Part shown: piece after piece, positions 37,151 through 46,977 of the stretch
Layout: the number at the start of each line of letters is the position of its first letter
Numbering within the stretch: the stretch's first letter is position 1
Sequence record: SRR31156797_3442
Reading direction: 5' to 3' (one strand)
Length of the DNA: 51,877 nucleotides
Program-made: the position numbers and the translations under genes
The notes under the pieces: model-generated
Told to the model about the DNA's origin: nothing
Databases searched by the model: none
Seen by the model: only the letters and a program-made list of their open reading frames with translations

Positions 37151-38128
37151 TCAGTTAATCAATAAATTACATCCCCTTACATCAGAGTGATCATATCTGC
37201 CCAACACCTCGAAACGATCATCCGCACGGATCCTGCCCAAATCCTGCGTGGCAATAAAACTGCACGAATCCACATTGGCCAGGTCGATCACGTTGATTCC
37301 TCCGGTTTTTTCGTATCCAATTGTCGTTAGGGGATCATTAACGTCCCGGATCAGAATTTTCATCCAGGGAGGCGTATTAAAAACCCCTTCGCCTTTCGAC
37401 CATGCCTGCGAAAACAATTCTGTCATGCCATATTCTGAATGGATTTTTTCAACCCCAAAACCATTACAAAGGATTTCATGCAACTCTTCGCGCACCATTT
37501 CCTTTCGGCGGCCCTTCATACCACCGGTCTCCATCACGATGGTGTTTTTTAGCTTTAGCGGAAATTCCTCCATCAGGTCCAGCAAGGCAAATGTTACACC
37601 AAAAAGGATGGTTTTCTGATGTTGTTTTTCAAGAACCTTCAACTTTGCTTGTAAAGCCCCATACTCGTAAAGGTAAAAACCGCTGTCGGGATTTTCTGAA
37701 CGGCCGATGAGGTTTTTAATCATGTAAATCAACGATGAATGCTTTTGTTCAAGGTATGACGGAAGCAGCGCCAGCATACAATAATCCGTTATTTCACCAT
37801 AAGCCAGATTGAACCCTTTTCGGAAAGATTCTTCATAAAGGTCGAGGTTTTTGTAGTAATGATGGCTGGTATTTGTGCCGGTAGTTCCGCTGCTTTGGAA
37901 ATAACCAGCCGGGTTATAATCACCGGTAATTACCTGCTGTGTTTTAAAAAATTCGATGGGTAAAAACGGAATATCCCTTATGGAAACTACCCGTTTGGGA
38001 TTTGTTCTCAGGTTTTTACAAAACTTTTGGTAAACAATATTGTTTTCATATTGATACCGAAATATTTTCAGGGCTGCATCGTTGAAGTTATCAATATTAA
38101 ATATGTTAATCTCAGGTTGTTCTTTCAT
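37151..38128 (-). CDS. LuxE/acyl-protein synthetase-like acyl transferase
   Basis: IPFLPIEFFK, FQSSGTTG, METGGMKG, HSEYGMTEL, SFIATQDLG and EVLGR...RGC motifs. Confidence 0.85.
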   Translation of the reverse strand: MKEQPEINIFNIDNFNDAALKIFRYQYENNIVYQKFCKNLRTNPKRVVSIRDIPFLPIEFFKTQQVITGDYNPAGYFQSSGTTGTNTSHHYYKNLDLYEESFRKGFNLAYGEITDYCMLALLPSYLEQKHSSLIYMIKNLIGRSENPDSGFYLYEYGALQAKLKVLEKQHQKTILFGVTFALLDLMEEFPLKLKNTIVMETGGMKGRRKEMVREELHEILCNGFGVEKIHSEYGMTELFSQAWSKGEGVFNTPPWMKILIRDVNDPLTTIGYEKTGGINVIDLANVDSCSFIATQDLGRIRADDRFEVLGRYDHSDVRGCNLLIN

Positions 38129-38149
38129 TATTTAATCAGGCTTACACGA

Positions 38150-38668
38150 TTGAAAACGATCATAAAAATACTCATTATCTTCATCATCCCAGGGGTTATC
38201 ATAACATCCTGCCGCGAGAAGGAGGAATACCCCATTGTTCCCGATCTGAAATTTGAAAATTTCATCAAGTTGGTTCATCCGGATGGCTATGACACATTGG
38301 GTATTCTGCTGGTTTCCTACACCGATGGCGACGGTGATTTGGGGATTTCGCAATACGATACAGCATCGTATAACTTTTTTGTTGATTACTATGTGATGGA
38401 CAACGGCGTATTGGGGCCGGGCACCATTTACAATAATCAGACCGGTGAATTTGACACCATCAACTTCAACAACAGGTTTGGTCCGCTGGCCCCAGATGAT
38501 TACGTGGGATGGATAAAAGGAGAAATTGAAGACACCATAAAACCACTGTTCGATCCGCGTTCAACCAAGGAGTACGACACCATCCAGTTCAGGGTGCACA
38601 TGGTGGATCGGGCGGGCCACCGGAGCGATACTATTGCTACTCCACTTATCGTAGTGAAGAATCCCTGA
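38150..38668 (+). CDS. Hypothetical lipoprotein
   Basis: TTG start, lipoprotein signal (KTIIKILIIFIIPGVIITSC), YTDGDGDLG and DRAGHRSD motifs. Confidence 0.75.
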   Translation: MKTIIKILIIFIIPGVIITSCREKEEYPIVPDLKFENFIKLVHPDGYDTLGILLVSYTDGDGDLGISQYDTASYNFFVDYYVMDNGVLGPGTIYNNQTGEFDTINFNNRFGPLAPDDYVGWIKGEIEDTIKPLFDPRSTKEYDTIQFRVHMVDRAGHRSDTIATPLIVVKNP

Positions 38669-38759
38669 ATTATTCTTTCCAATCATATAATTGTTGCCGG
38701 CTGTATCCGTTAGTCATTCGGAATATCCTCCAATTAAAATTATCAAGAACCATCATCGG

Positions 38760-40583
38760 ATGCAAAACACCAAAGCGTTTGAAAGCCGGAAAATTGTGAT
38801 TACAGGTATTTTCATACTTGTGGGCATCATATTTTTGGCAAGGCTTTTTTTCGTTCAGGTAATTGATGACAGTTACGTGCTTTCGGCCACCAACAATGTT
38901 TTGCGTTATGAGGTGCAGTACCCGGCACGTGGGTTGGTTTATGACCGCAACGGAGAACTTTTGGTTTTCAATGAGGCAGCATATGATCTTATGGTGGTGC
39001 CCAACCAGGTAAAAAATATCGACACTACAGTATTTTGCAAACTTGTGGATATTACAGTAGAGGAATTTGAAGAAAAGTTTGCAAAAGCCAAAAAATATTC
39101 GCGACACAAAGCATCAATTTTTGTGGAACAGATCCCCAAGGAGCAGTACGGATATATCGAGGAAAAGTTATTCAGGTATCCCGGGTTTTATGTTCAATCC
39201 AGAACCCTGCGGAAATACCCGAAACCTTATGCTGCCCACACATTGGGCTATATTGGTGAAGTGAGCCCAAAAGAACTTACTAATGATTCCTACTACCGCC
39301 AGGGCGATTATATCGGGAAAAGTGGCATCGAAAAAGCATACGAAAAAGAGCTTCGCGGGAAAAAAGGCATGAAGGTTTCGATGGTGGATGTTTTTAACCG
39401 GGTAAAAGGCTCTTACAAGGAAGGGAAATACGATACCGTGGCAGTTTCAGGTAATGACCTGCACCTTACGCTTGATGCCGAATTACAGGAATACGGCGAA
39501 ATGCTGATGCACAACAAGCGCGGCAGCATTGTAGCCATCGAACCCTCAACAGGTGAAATACTTGCACTGGTCACCAGCCCGGCATATGATCCTAATTTGC
39601 TGGTGGGCAGGGTTCGCAGCAAAAACTACAACAAGCTTTACAAAGACACGCTGGTTCCTCTGTTTAACCGCGCTTTGCTGGCCATGTATCCTCCGGGGTC
39701 AACTTTTAAATTGATGGTGGCTTTAGTCGGTCAGCAGGAAGGTGTGCTTTTCGAAGACACAAAATATCCCTGTTCAGGAGAAACCGCCAGGCCCATCAAG
39801 TGCAGCCACAACCACAACTCCCCGCTTGCTTTGGTCGAATCCATCGAACAATCCTGCAATCCCTATTACTGGAATGTTTTTAGATCGATCATCGATAATC
39901 CGAAGTATGCCAACACCCGGGAAGCATTTAATAAATGGCGTGATTATCTGGAAAGCTTTAACCTGGGGAAAACTTTTAATACCGATCTGTTGGTAGAACG
40001 CAGCGGCAATGTTCCACGTCCGGAATATTACGATAAATACTTTGGAAAAAACGTGTGGCGGGCCATGACCATCAGGTCACTTTCCATCGGACAGGGTGAA
40101 TTGTTGGTTACGCCGCTTCAGCTGGCAAACATGACGGCAATTATCGCAAACAGAGGGTACTATTACGACCCCCATATATTAAGAGCAGTGGATTACAACG
40201 GAGATCTTACGCCGGCCGAATTCAAGAAACATAAAACCATAGTCGAGTCAAAGTATTTTGAAACTGTGATCGAAGGCATGCAAAATGTTTATGCCGGTGA
40301 ACATGGCACCGCACGTTGGTATGCGCACGACAGTATTCCGATGTGTGGAAAAACCGGGACCGTGCAAAACCCGCACGGAGAAAACCACAGTGTGTTTATT
40401 GCTTTTGCACCTGCTGACGATCCTAAAATAGCCATTTCGGTAATTGTTGAAAACGGTGGATACGGGTCTGTTTTTGGTGCCCCGATCGCGACCCTGATGA
40501 TGGAAAAATTTATATTGGGCGATTTTAAAAAACCCTGGTTTGAAAAGAAAATGCTGGAAACAGATTTAATTGCAGGAAATTGA
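38760..40583 (+). CDS. mrdA: Penicillin-binding protein 2
   Basis: N-terminal TM, PARGLVYDRNG, SxxK (GSTFK), SxN (SCN) and KTG; overlaps the rodA start. Confidence 0.93.
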   Translation: MQNTKAFESRKIVITGIFILVGIIFLARLFFVQVIDDSYVLSATNNVLRYEVQYPARGLVYDRNGELLVFNEAAYDLMVVPNQVKNIDTTVFCKLVDITVEEFEEKFAKAKKYSRHKASIFVEQIPKEQYGYIEEKLFRYPGFYVQSRTLRKYPKPYAAHTLGYIGEVSPKELTNDSYYRQGDYIGKSGIEKAYEKELRGKKGMKVSMVDVFNRVKGSYKEGKYDTVAVSGNDLHLTLDAELQEYGEMLMHNKRGSIVAIEPSTGEILALVTSPAYDPNLLVGRVRSKNYNKLYKDTLVPLFNRALLAMYPPGSTFKLMVALVGQQEGVLFEDTKYPCSGETARPIKCSHNHNSPLALVESIEQSCNPYYWNVFRSIIDNPKYANTREAFNKWRDYLESFNLGKTFNTDLLVERSGNVPRPEYYDKYFGKNVWRAMTIRSLSIGQGELLVTPLQLANMTAIIANRGYYYDPHILRAVDYNGDLTPAEFKKHKTIVESKYFETVIEGMQNVYAGEHGTARWYAHDSIPMCGKTGTVQNPHGENHSVFIAFAPADDPKIAISVIVENGGYGSVFGAPIATLMMEKFILGDFKKPWFEKKMLETDLIAGN

Positions 40584-41839
40584 CAAGCAGAACAAACATA
40601 TTTAAAAACATCGACTGGTGGACTATTTTGCTCTATCTGGTTTTGGTTTTGTTGGGCTGGATCAGCATTTATGCTGCCATTTATGATGAGGAACACAGCA
40701 GTATTCTCGACATGTCGCAAAGCTATGGCAAACAGCTGATGTGGATTGGCACATCCGTGTTGCTCGCGCTGATCATTTTGGTGACAGATGCCAAGTTCTT
40801 TTTCACATTTTCATTCCTGATTTATCTGCTCACACTGGGATTATTAATCGGTGTACTGGTTTTTGGAAAGGAGATTGCCGGCTCAAAGTCATGGTTCCAG
40901 TTAGGCGGGTTTTCTTTGCAGCCGGCCGAATTTGCCAAGTTCGCTACAAGCCTTGCTTTGGCCAACTACCTGAGCGGCCTGAACAGAAACCTTAAAAAGC
41001 CCAAAACCCTCATCCGTGCTGTATTAATACTGGCTATTCCTGCAGGGTTGATCTTTTTACAGAACGATACAGGTTCGGCGTTGGTTTACTCGGCGTTCAT
41101 TTTTGTTTTATACCGCGAAGGTATGACAGGAAGCATCCTGATCATTGGATTGACAACGATCATGCTATTTATGTTGGCGCTTTTGGTGGATAAGCTGGTG
41201 GTGATTGTTGGCCTTGCCCTGCTGGCAACACTCTTTATTTTGGTAATCAGGAAATCGGTCAGAAATATTTCCATGATGGTTGGTCTGTTCATTATGACCG
41301 CCGGGTTTGTTTATTCAGTAGATCATGTATTTCAGCATGTGCTGGAGCCGCATCAACGGTCAAGGATCAACGTTTTGTTGGGGAAAGAATCAGATATCAG
41401 GGGTGCGGGGTATAATGTTCACCAGTCGTTAATTGCTATTGGGTCGGGAGGGTTTTCCGGCAAGGGTTTTCTGGAGGGCACACAAACCAAATACAATTTT
41501 GTTCCGGAGCAAAGCACCGATTTTATTTTTTGTACGGTGGGAGAGGAGTGGGGATTTATCGGCAGTTCGTTGGTTGTAGTCCTTTTTTTGGTGCTGCTTT
41601 CGCGCTTGATCTATCTTGCTGAGCGACAGCGATCCAAATTCAGCAGGGTTTATGGTTATGGTGTTGCTTCAGTTATCTTTTTTCACTTTGCAGTGAATGT
41701 GGCCATGACACTCGGACTGTTTCCGGTAATTGGCATTCCACTGCCCTTTTTTAGCTATGGCGGGTCCTCACTTTGGGGATTTACCATCCTGCTTTTTATC
41801 TTCCTAAAGCTGGATGCAAACCGGATGAATGTGTTGTAG
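40580..41839 (+). CDS. rodA: Rod shape-determining protein RodA (SEDS)
   Basis: QPAEFAK, QNDTGSAL, IAIGSGG, PEQSTDFIF and PLPFFSYGGSS; polytopic membrane protein. Confidence 0.95.
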   Translation: MTSRTNIFKNIDWWTILLYLVLVLLGWISIYAAIYDEEHSSILDMSQSYGKQLMWIGTSVLLALIILVTDAKFFFTFSFLIYLLTLGLLIGVLVFGKEIAGSKSWFQLGGFSLQPAEFAKFATSLALANYLSGLNRNLKKPKTLIRAVLILAIPAGLIFLQNDTGSALVYSAFIFVLYREGMTGSILIIGLTTIMLFMLALLVDKLVVIVGLALLATLFILVIRKSVRNISMMVGLFIMTAGFVYSVDHVFQHVLEPHQRSRINVLLGKESDIRGAGYNVHQSLIAIGSGGFSGKGFLEGTQTKYNFVPEQSTDFIFCTVGEEWGFIGSSLVVVLFLVLLSRLIYLAERQRSKFSRVYGYGVASVIFFHFAVNVAMTLGLFPVIGIPLPFFSYGGSSLWGFTILLFIFLKLDANRMNVL

Positions 41840-41861
41840 TCCAGGTTTGATTTCTGAATTA

Positions 41862-42668
41862 TCAGTCATCCAGAATGGCCTCAACAGGATTTTTTAATCC
41901 CGAATATTTAATCAGCTCCATTTTAACGGACCCTACTACTACAGCAGATTTACCAAGAACCGGCAGTTTATTTCTATCATCTGTAACCCAAAGGGTCATG
42001 GGGTAGGGATTACTGAAAACCTCTCCTGTAGCCACCATGGGTTTAAAAGCCAGGCACCTGAAAATTCCAAGCTCCGTTTCAACGACCTGTCTGCCGGCAA
42101 ATTCAATCACTGAAACATATGCCGAGTCGTCCAGGAAGAAATTCACCGAAATCTGATCGCCCTCTTCAAGCGTGTCAGCACTTAGGGTCCTTGCATAGTA
42201 TGAAGCAGAAACAATATCCTGGATATATCTGGTGATATCGGTGGTGTCGCTGCGGCTTTTAGCGGTTTTATTTATATGGTCAAAATACACATCGTCTTCC
42301 TTAACATACCCGCCTTCACGAGTTCTTCTTATGAAGAGGTAAGGAAATATGCCCTGTTTATCCACATAAGATTCATACCTGTCGCGAACCTTAAAAAACA
42401 TATCGAAGGCAGGGTTTGATTTGCCAATACCCACAATGTGGTACGCCTCACGACTGTAAAACCGGCGGTTGGTATTTGTTACTTCCAGCTTTGCTGTACC
42501 TGCATTCACTTTGCCGGTTAGCACCGACTCATAGTAAACCTTATATTTTAGGGATTCACCGGATTGGAAGGCACTGTTTTCAATGGCACGATATTCGAAA
42601 TCCTGGCCAACAACGTTGGCAGAGATCATTATGGCGAATAAAAACAGGATGCTTCCAAGGTTCTTCAT
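41862..42668 (-). CDS. DUF3108-like exported protein
   Basis: Signal peptide, FQSGESLKY, FFKVRDRYESY and LWVTDDRNKLPV motifs. Confidence 0.75.
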   Translation of the reverse strand: MKNLGSILFLFAIMISANVVGQDFEYRAIENSAFQSGESLKYKVYYESVLTGKVNAGTAKLEVTNTNRRFYSREAYHIVGIGKSNPAFDMFFKVRDRYESYVDKQGIFPYLFIRRTREGGYVKEDDVYFDHINKTAKSRSDTTDITRYIQDIVSASYYARTLSADTLEEGDQISVNFFLDDSAYVSVIEFAGRQVVETELGIFRCLAFKPMVATGEVFSNPYPMTLWVTDDRNKLPVLGKSAVVVGSVKMELIKYSGLKNPVEAILDD

Positions 42669-42728
42669 ATGGGTTTTTTGATGAATTAACCTTTGGATAA
42701 ACTAAAATAATGCCGAAAAATTGCAGTA

Positions 42729-45515
42729 CTAACCCACAACAATGTTGATGATTTTTTTAGGCACAACAATTACTTTGCGCACCGTCTTTCCTTCGAGCCA
42801 CTTTTGCGCAGCCCTTGCCTCAAGGGCTTGTTTTTCAATTTCTCCTTTCGTGAGATCAACCGGCAGCTCAAGCTTAAAACGCATTTTTCCGTTGAAGGAA
42901 ACCGGATATTCAAAGTTATCTTCCTTCAGATAGTCTTCATTGAATTCCGGGAATTGGGTCTTCGTTACGCTATCATCATGCCCGAGCAATTGCCACAATT
43001 CTTCGGCAATGTGCGGTGCATAGGGCGAAATAATCTTCACAAGGTCCTCAAGAATTACACGCTTGTTGCATTTCAAATCGTGCAATTCATTCACACAGAT
43101 CATAAAATTACTTACACCCGTGTTGAAGGAGAAACGTTCAATGTCGTCTCTGACCTTCTTTATGGCTCCATGGATAACCTTAAGTTCTGCTGCCGTGGGC
43201 TTTTCGTCGGTAATCCTGAAAGTATTCTGATCATCATGGAAAAGACGCCACAGTTTGCGGATGAACCTGAAAACACCTTCGATACCTTGTGTATCCCAGG
43301 GTTTATGACTTTCCAACGGCCCAAGGAACATTTCGTACAATCGAAAAGTATCGGCACCGTATTTTTCAATCAGTTCATCGGGGTTCTGAACATTGTAAAG
43401 CGACTTCGACATTTTCTCGATTTCCCAGCCGCAGTGGTATTTTCCATCTTCGAGGACGAACTCGGCATCAGCGTTTTCCGGGCGCCACTTTCTGAAGGCA
43501 TCCATATCCAGCTCATCATTCTCAACCATGTTGATGTCAACATGAATTGGCGTAGTATCGTATTCTTTCCTTAAGCCCTTCGATACATATTTGTTCTCGC
43601 CTTTTAACCGGTAAGCAATACTTGACCTGCCCTGGATCTTCCCCTGGTTAAACATCTTCCTGAACGGCTCATCCTCGCAAGCCAAACCAAGGTCGTAGAG
43701 GAATTTATTCCAGAACCTGGAATAGATCAGGTGGCCGGTTCCGTGTTCATCGCCACCAAAGTACATATCCACGCTGCGCCAGTAATCGTTGGCTTCTTTG
43801 GAGAAATATTCTTCATCGTTGTGCGGATCCATGTACCTGAAATAATACCCGCTCGATCCCGCAAAGCCTGGCATGGTGTTGGTCTCGATTGGATAGCCAT
43901 CTTCAGTTTGCCAGTTTTCGGCACGTGCCAGTGGCGGCTCACCAGTTTCTGTAGGCAGGAATTTATCAACCGGGGGCAGCTCAACCGGAAGCTTATCCAC
44001 ATCCATGGTATAAGGGATATCGTCTTTGTAATAAACCGGGAATGGCTCACCCCAGTAACGCTGTCGGCTGAAAATCGCATCGCGCAGGCGATAGTTTATC
44101 TGGCGTTCTCCAAGCCCTTCTTTTTCAAGGTGGTCGATAATTTTTGAAATGGCATCCTTTACTTCCAGGCCGGTAATCACACCTGAGTTGGTCATCATTC
44201 CATCTTTGGCATCATATGATTCATCCCACTCACGCGGGTCAACGATGGTTTCGTTTGGGCGTTTCACCACCTGAATAATGGGTAGGAGGAAGTGTCTTGC
44301 AAAAGCAAAGTCACGGCTGTCATGTGCAGGAACGGCCATAATGGCTCCGGTTCCATAACCTGAAAGCACATAATCGGCAATGTAAATTTTCATGCGTTCA
44401 CCATTGAGTGGGTTTATGGCAAACGACCCCGTAAATACACCGGTAACGGTTTTCACTTCTGCCATCCGGTCGCGCTCCGAACGATTGGTTGCCAGTTCGA
44501 TATATTCGCGAACGGGCCCGCGGTTTTGGGGTGTGGTGAGTTTTAGCGCCAGCTCATGTTCAGGAGCCAGCACCATAAATGTAGCTCCGTAAAGGGTATC
44601 GGGACGCGTAGTGAAAACCTCAATTTCTTCTTTATGATCTTCAACTTTAAACATTACTGAGGCACCCTCTGATCTTCCGATCCAGTTTCGCTGGATGTCT
44701 TTAACGTGCTCAAACCAATCTACGCGTTCCAGACCCTCAAGGAGTCTTTCAGCATAGGCTGTTATTCTTAAAGACCACTGGCGCATGAGTTTGCGCTCAA
44801 CCGGGTGGCCACCACGTACTGAAAAACCTTCGCTCACCTCATCGTTGGCAAGTACGGTACCCAGCTCCGGACACCAGTTAACCATCATGTCGCCAAGGTA
44901 TGCCAGGCGATAATGCATCAGCAATTCCTGTTGCTGCTTTTCATCCATAGCGTTCCATTCGTCAGCGGTAAACGGATCGTGCTCATCGCAATGCGCGTGG
45001 ATGCCATCGCTCCCATGATTTTCAAAATGGTTTACCAGTTTTTCGATATCCTCGGCTTTGTTGGCATCTTTGTCGAACCAATGGTGGAAAAGCTGGATGA
45101 ATGTCCACTGGGTCCATTTGTAATATTTGGGATCGCTGGTGCGCACCTCACGGTCCCAGTCGTAGGCAAACCCGATTTGATCGAGCTGCTTGCGGTATCT
45201 TTTGATGTTTTTTTCGGTGGTTATTTCAGGATGTGTTCCGGTTTGAATGGCATATTGTTCGGCAGGAAGCCCGAAAGCATCATAACCCATGGGGTGCAGC
45301 ACATTGAAACCCTGCAACATTTTGTAACGGGCAAAGATGTCGGAAGCAATGTATCCGAGTGGGTGGCCCACATGCAGCCCGGCTCCTGACGGATACGGGA
45401 ACATGTCCAGAATGTAATATTTGGGTTTGTCGGAATTGTTTTCTGCTTTATAAGACTTGTGCTCACTCCAGTATTTCTGCCACTTCTTCTCTATTTCCTG
45501 AAAATTGTAATCCAT
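42729..45515 (-). CDS. leuS: Leucine--tRNA ligase
   Basis: [40 protein letters not shown] and KMSKS motifs. Confidence 0.98.
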   Translation of the reverse strand: MDYNFQEIEKKWQKYWSEHKSYKAENNSDKPKYYILDMFPYPSGAGLHVGHPLGYIASDIFARYKMLQGFNVLHPMGYDAFGLPAEQYAIQTGTHPEITTEKNIKRYRKQLDQIGFAYDWDREVRTSDPKYYKWTQWTFIQLFHHWFDKDANKAEDIEKLVNHFENHGSDGIHAHCDEHDPFTADEWNAMDEKQQQELLMHYRLAYLGDMMVNWCPELGTVLANDEVSEGFSVRGGHPVERKLMRQWSLRITAYAERLLEGLERVDWFEHVKDIQRNWIGRSEGASVMFKVEDHKEEIEVFTTRPDTLYGATFMVLAPEHELALKLTTPQNRGPVREYIELATNRSERDRMAEVKTVTGVFTGSFAINPLNGERMKIYIADYVLSGYGTGAIMAVPAHDSRDFAFARHFLLPIIQVVKRPNETIVDPREWDESYDAKDGMMTNSGVITGLEVKDAISKIIDHLEKEGLGERQINYRLRDAIFSRQRYWGEPFPVYYKDDIPYTMDVDKLPVELPPVDKFLPTETGEPPLARAENWQTEDGYPIETNTMPGFAGSSGYYFRYMDPHNDEEYFSKEANDYWRSVDMYFGGDEHGTGHLIYSRFWNKFLYDLGLACEDEPFRKMFNQGKIQGRSSIAYRLKGENKYVSKGLRKEYDTTPIHVDINMVENDELDMDAFRKWRPENADAEFVLEDGKYHCGWEIEKMSKSLYNVQNPDELIEKYGADTFRLYEMFLGPLESHKPWDTQGIEGVFRFIRKLWRLFHDDQNTFRITDEKPTAAELKVIHGAIKKVRDDIERFSFNTGVSNFMICVNELHDLKCNKRVILEDLVKIISPYAPHIAEELWQLLGHDDSVTKTQFPEFNEDYLKEDNFEYPVSFNGKMRFKLELPVDLTKGEIEKQALEARAAQKWLEGKTVRKVIVVPKKIINIVVG

Positions 45516-45691
45516 TTTCTTATCGTTTATAAATTCTTAAAATCGAGCGCGAAAATAGAAAAAGTATCGCTACGGATTGTTTTTGAGACCAGTAAAAGTG
45601 CTGAAATTAATGTAGAATTAATTACTTCGGTTCATGAATCAGCAGGTAGGTAATAAGTGCAGTAACGTAATCGAATTAATGATTGCCTTGA

Positions 45692-46858
45692 TTACTTTCT
45701 TCGTCTGCGGATCTCCTTTGTGATCAAACTTAACTCCCGTCCTGTTTGTCCCTTCACGGAGGTGTTTTCTTCGGCTCTCCTAACCAGGTATGGAATCACA
45801 TGCTTCACAGGGCCGTATGGTAAATACTTGGCCACATTATATCCGGCGTGTGCCAGGTTAAAGCTAATGTGATCACTCATGCCGAACAATTGCGAAAACC
45901 AGATACGCGGATCATTTTTGGCCAGACCATTTTCATCCATCAGCTCCGCAAGATAACGAGAGCTGTATTCGTTGTGTGTGCCATTAAAAATCGAAATCCT
46001 GTCGATGTGTTCAACACAATATTTGAGGGCGGCATTGTAATCGCGGTCAGTGCTTTCTTTGTCATGTTGTATGGGTGAAGGGTATCCTTTTTCCAGGGCT
46101 CTTTCGCGCTCTTTTTCCATGTAGGCTCCCCGTACAAACTTGGCACCCAGAAAGTAGTTTCCATCAACAGCCATTTGATGGGATCGCTTCAGGAAATCAA
46201 GCCGGTCGTGGCGGTACATCTGGAACGTATTAAAAACGATGGCTTTATCCTTGTTGAATTTCGCCATCATCGCATTCACCACTTCGTCAATAAAATTCTG
46301 AAACCACGAATCTTCAGCATCAATCAGAATCGGAATATCATTTTCGTATGCAGACAGGCATAAAGTTTCTATGCGGTTCCTAAACCGGTCTGCTTCATGG
46401 GCCTCCGCATCCGTTAGTTTTTTTTTCCCTGCACTCACTTTTTCCAGGATATTTGGTGTGGTGAAAGCGGTAGGTTTAAAAACGGCGAAAGGAATATTCT
46501 GATTTTTCCCGGCATTTTTAATCGATTTCAAAGTTTCTAACAGGGCAGCTTTAATGTCATCTTCTGATTCTTTCCCTTCCACGGAATAATCGAGGATGGC
46601 TTTCACATTGTAATTTTCGAGATCCCGGACAGTTGGGCCGCACTCCTCAATGGTTTCACCACCAACAAACTGCTTGTAAATGGTGGGTTTTACAATCCAG
46701 TTTACGGGAATGTGCATTTTGATGGCCGACTGGGTGAATGATCCGCCCAGCCGGACAAGGCTGTTGTGAGCAAGTGTTTTAAACAATAAGTACGACCGAC
46801 GAAGATCATGGTCACTTTTGCTTTTGAAAGCGATTTCAGTATTCTCAAAAGATATCAT
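45692..46858 (-). CDS. Monofunctional proline dehydrogenase
   Basis: QFVGGET, LIDAEDS, KFVRGAYMEKE, GTHNEYS, QLFGMSD and YLPYGPV...YLVRRAEEN motifs. Confidence 0.92.
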   Translation of the reverse strand: MISFENTEIAFKSKSDHDLRRSYLLFKTLAHNSLVRLGGSFTQSAIKMHIPVNWIVKPTIYKQFVGGETIEECGPTVRDLENYNVKAILDYSVEGKESEDDIKAALLETLKSIKNAGKNQNIPFAVFKPTAFTTPNILEKVSAGKKKLTDAEAHEADRFRNRIETLCLSAYENDIPILIDAEDSWFQNFIDEVVNAMMAKFNKDKAIVFNTFQMYRHDRLDFLKRSHQMAVDGNYFLGAKFVRGAYMEKERERALEKGYPSPIQHDKESTDRDYNAALKYCVEHIDRISIFNGTHNEYSSRYLAELMDENGLAKNDPRIWFSQLFGMSDHISFNLAHAGYNVAKYLPYGPVKHVIPYLVRRAEENTSVKGQTGRELSLITKEIRRRRK

Positions 46859-46875
46859 AAATGTCTAGTTTTCTG

Positions 46876-46883
46876 CAAAATTA
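46876..46883 (-). promoter_or_regulatory. -7 promoter element (TAATTTTG) for proline dehydrogenase
   Basis: TAnnTTTG 17 nt upstream of the ATG. Confidence 0.6.
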
Positions 46884-46930
46884 TGATAATAAGATAACAC
46901 GCTGAACTGCTGGCATCACAATTATTTTTT

Positions 46931-46938
46931 TACTTTTG
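46931..46938 (+). promoter_or_regulatory. -7 promoter element (TACTTTTG) for ileS
   Basis: TAnnTTTG 39 nt upstream of ATG 46978. Confidence 0.65.
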
Positions 46939-46977
46939 CACCCATTTTATTTGAACAGAAATAAACAACAGGAACAA

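Noticed and set aside
37151-38128. Bioluminescence (lux) system
   Set aside because: Only a LuxE-like gene is present, with no luxA/B/C/D; stand-alone homologs are common in Bacteroidota.
40010-40025. Third parS-like sequence TGTTCCACGTCCGGAA in mrdA
   Set aside because: Only the left half matches; the right arm is not palindromic and the site lies in coding sequence.
42804-43574. 256-aa plus-strand ORF
   Set aside because: Antisense shadow of leuS with no recognisable motifs.
45516-46977. T-box or riboswitch leaders for leuS/ileS
   Set aside because: The -7 boxes lie within about 40 nt of the start codons, leaving no room, and no T-box motif was seen.
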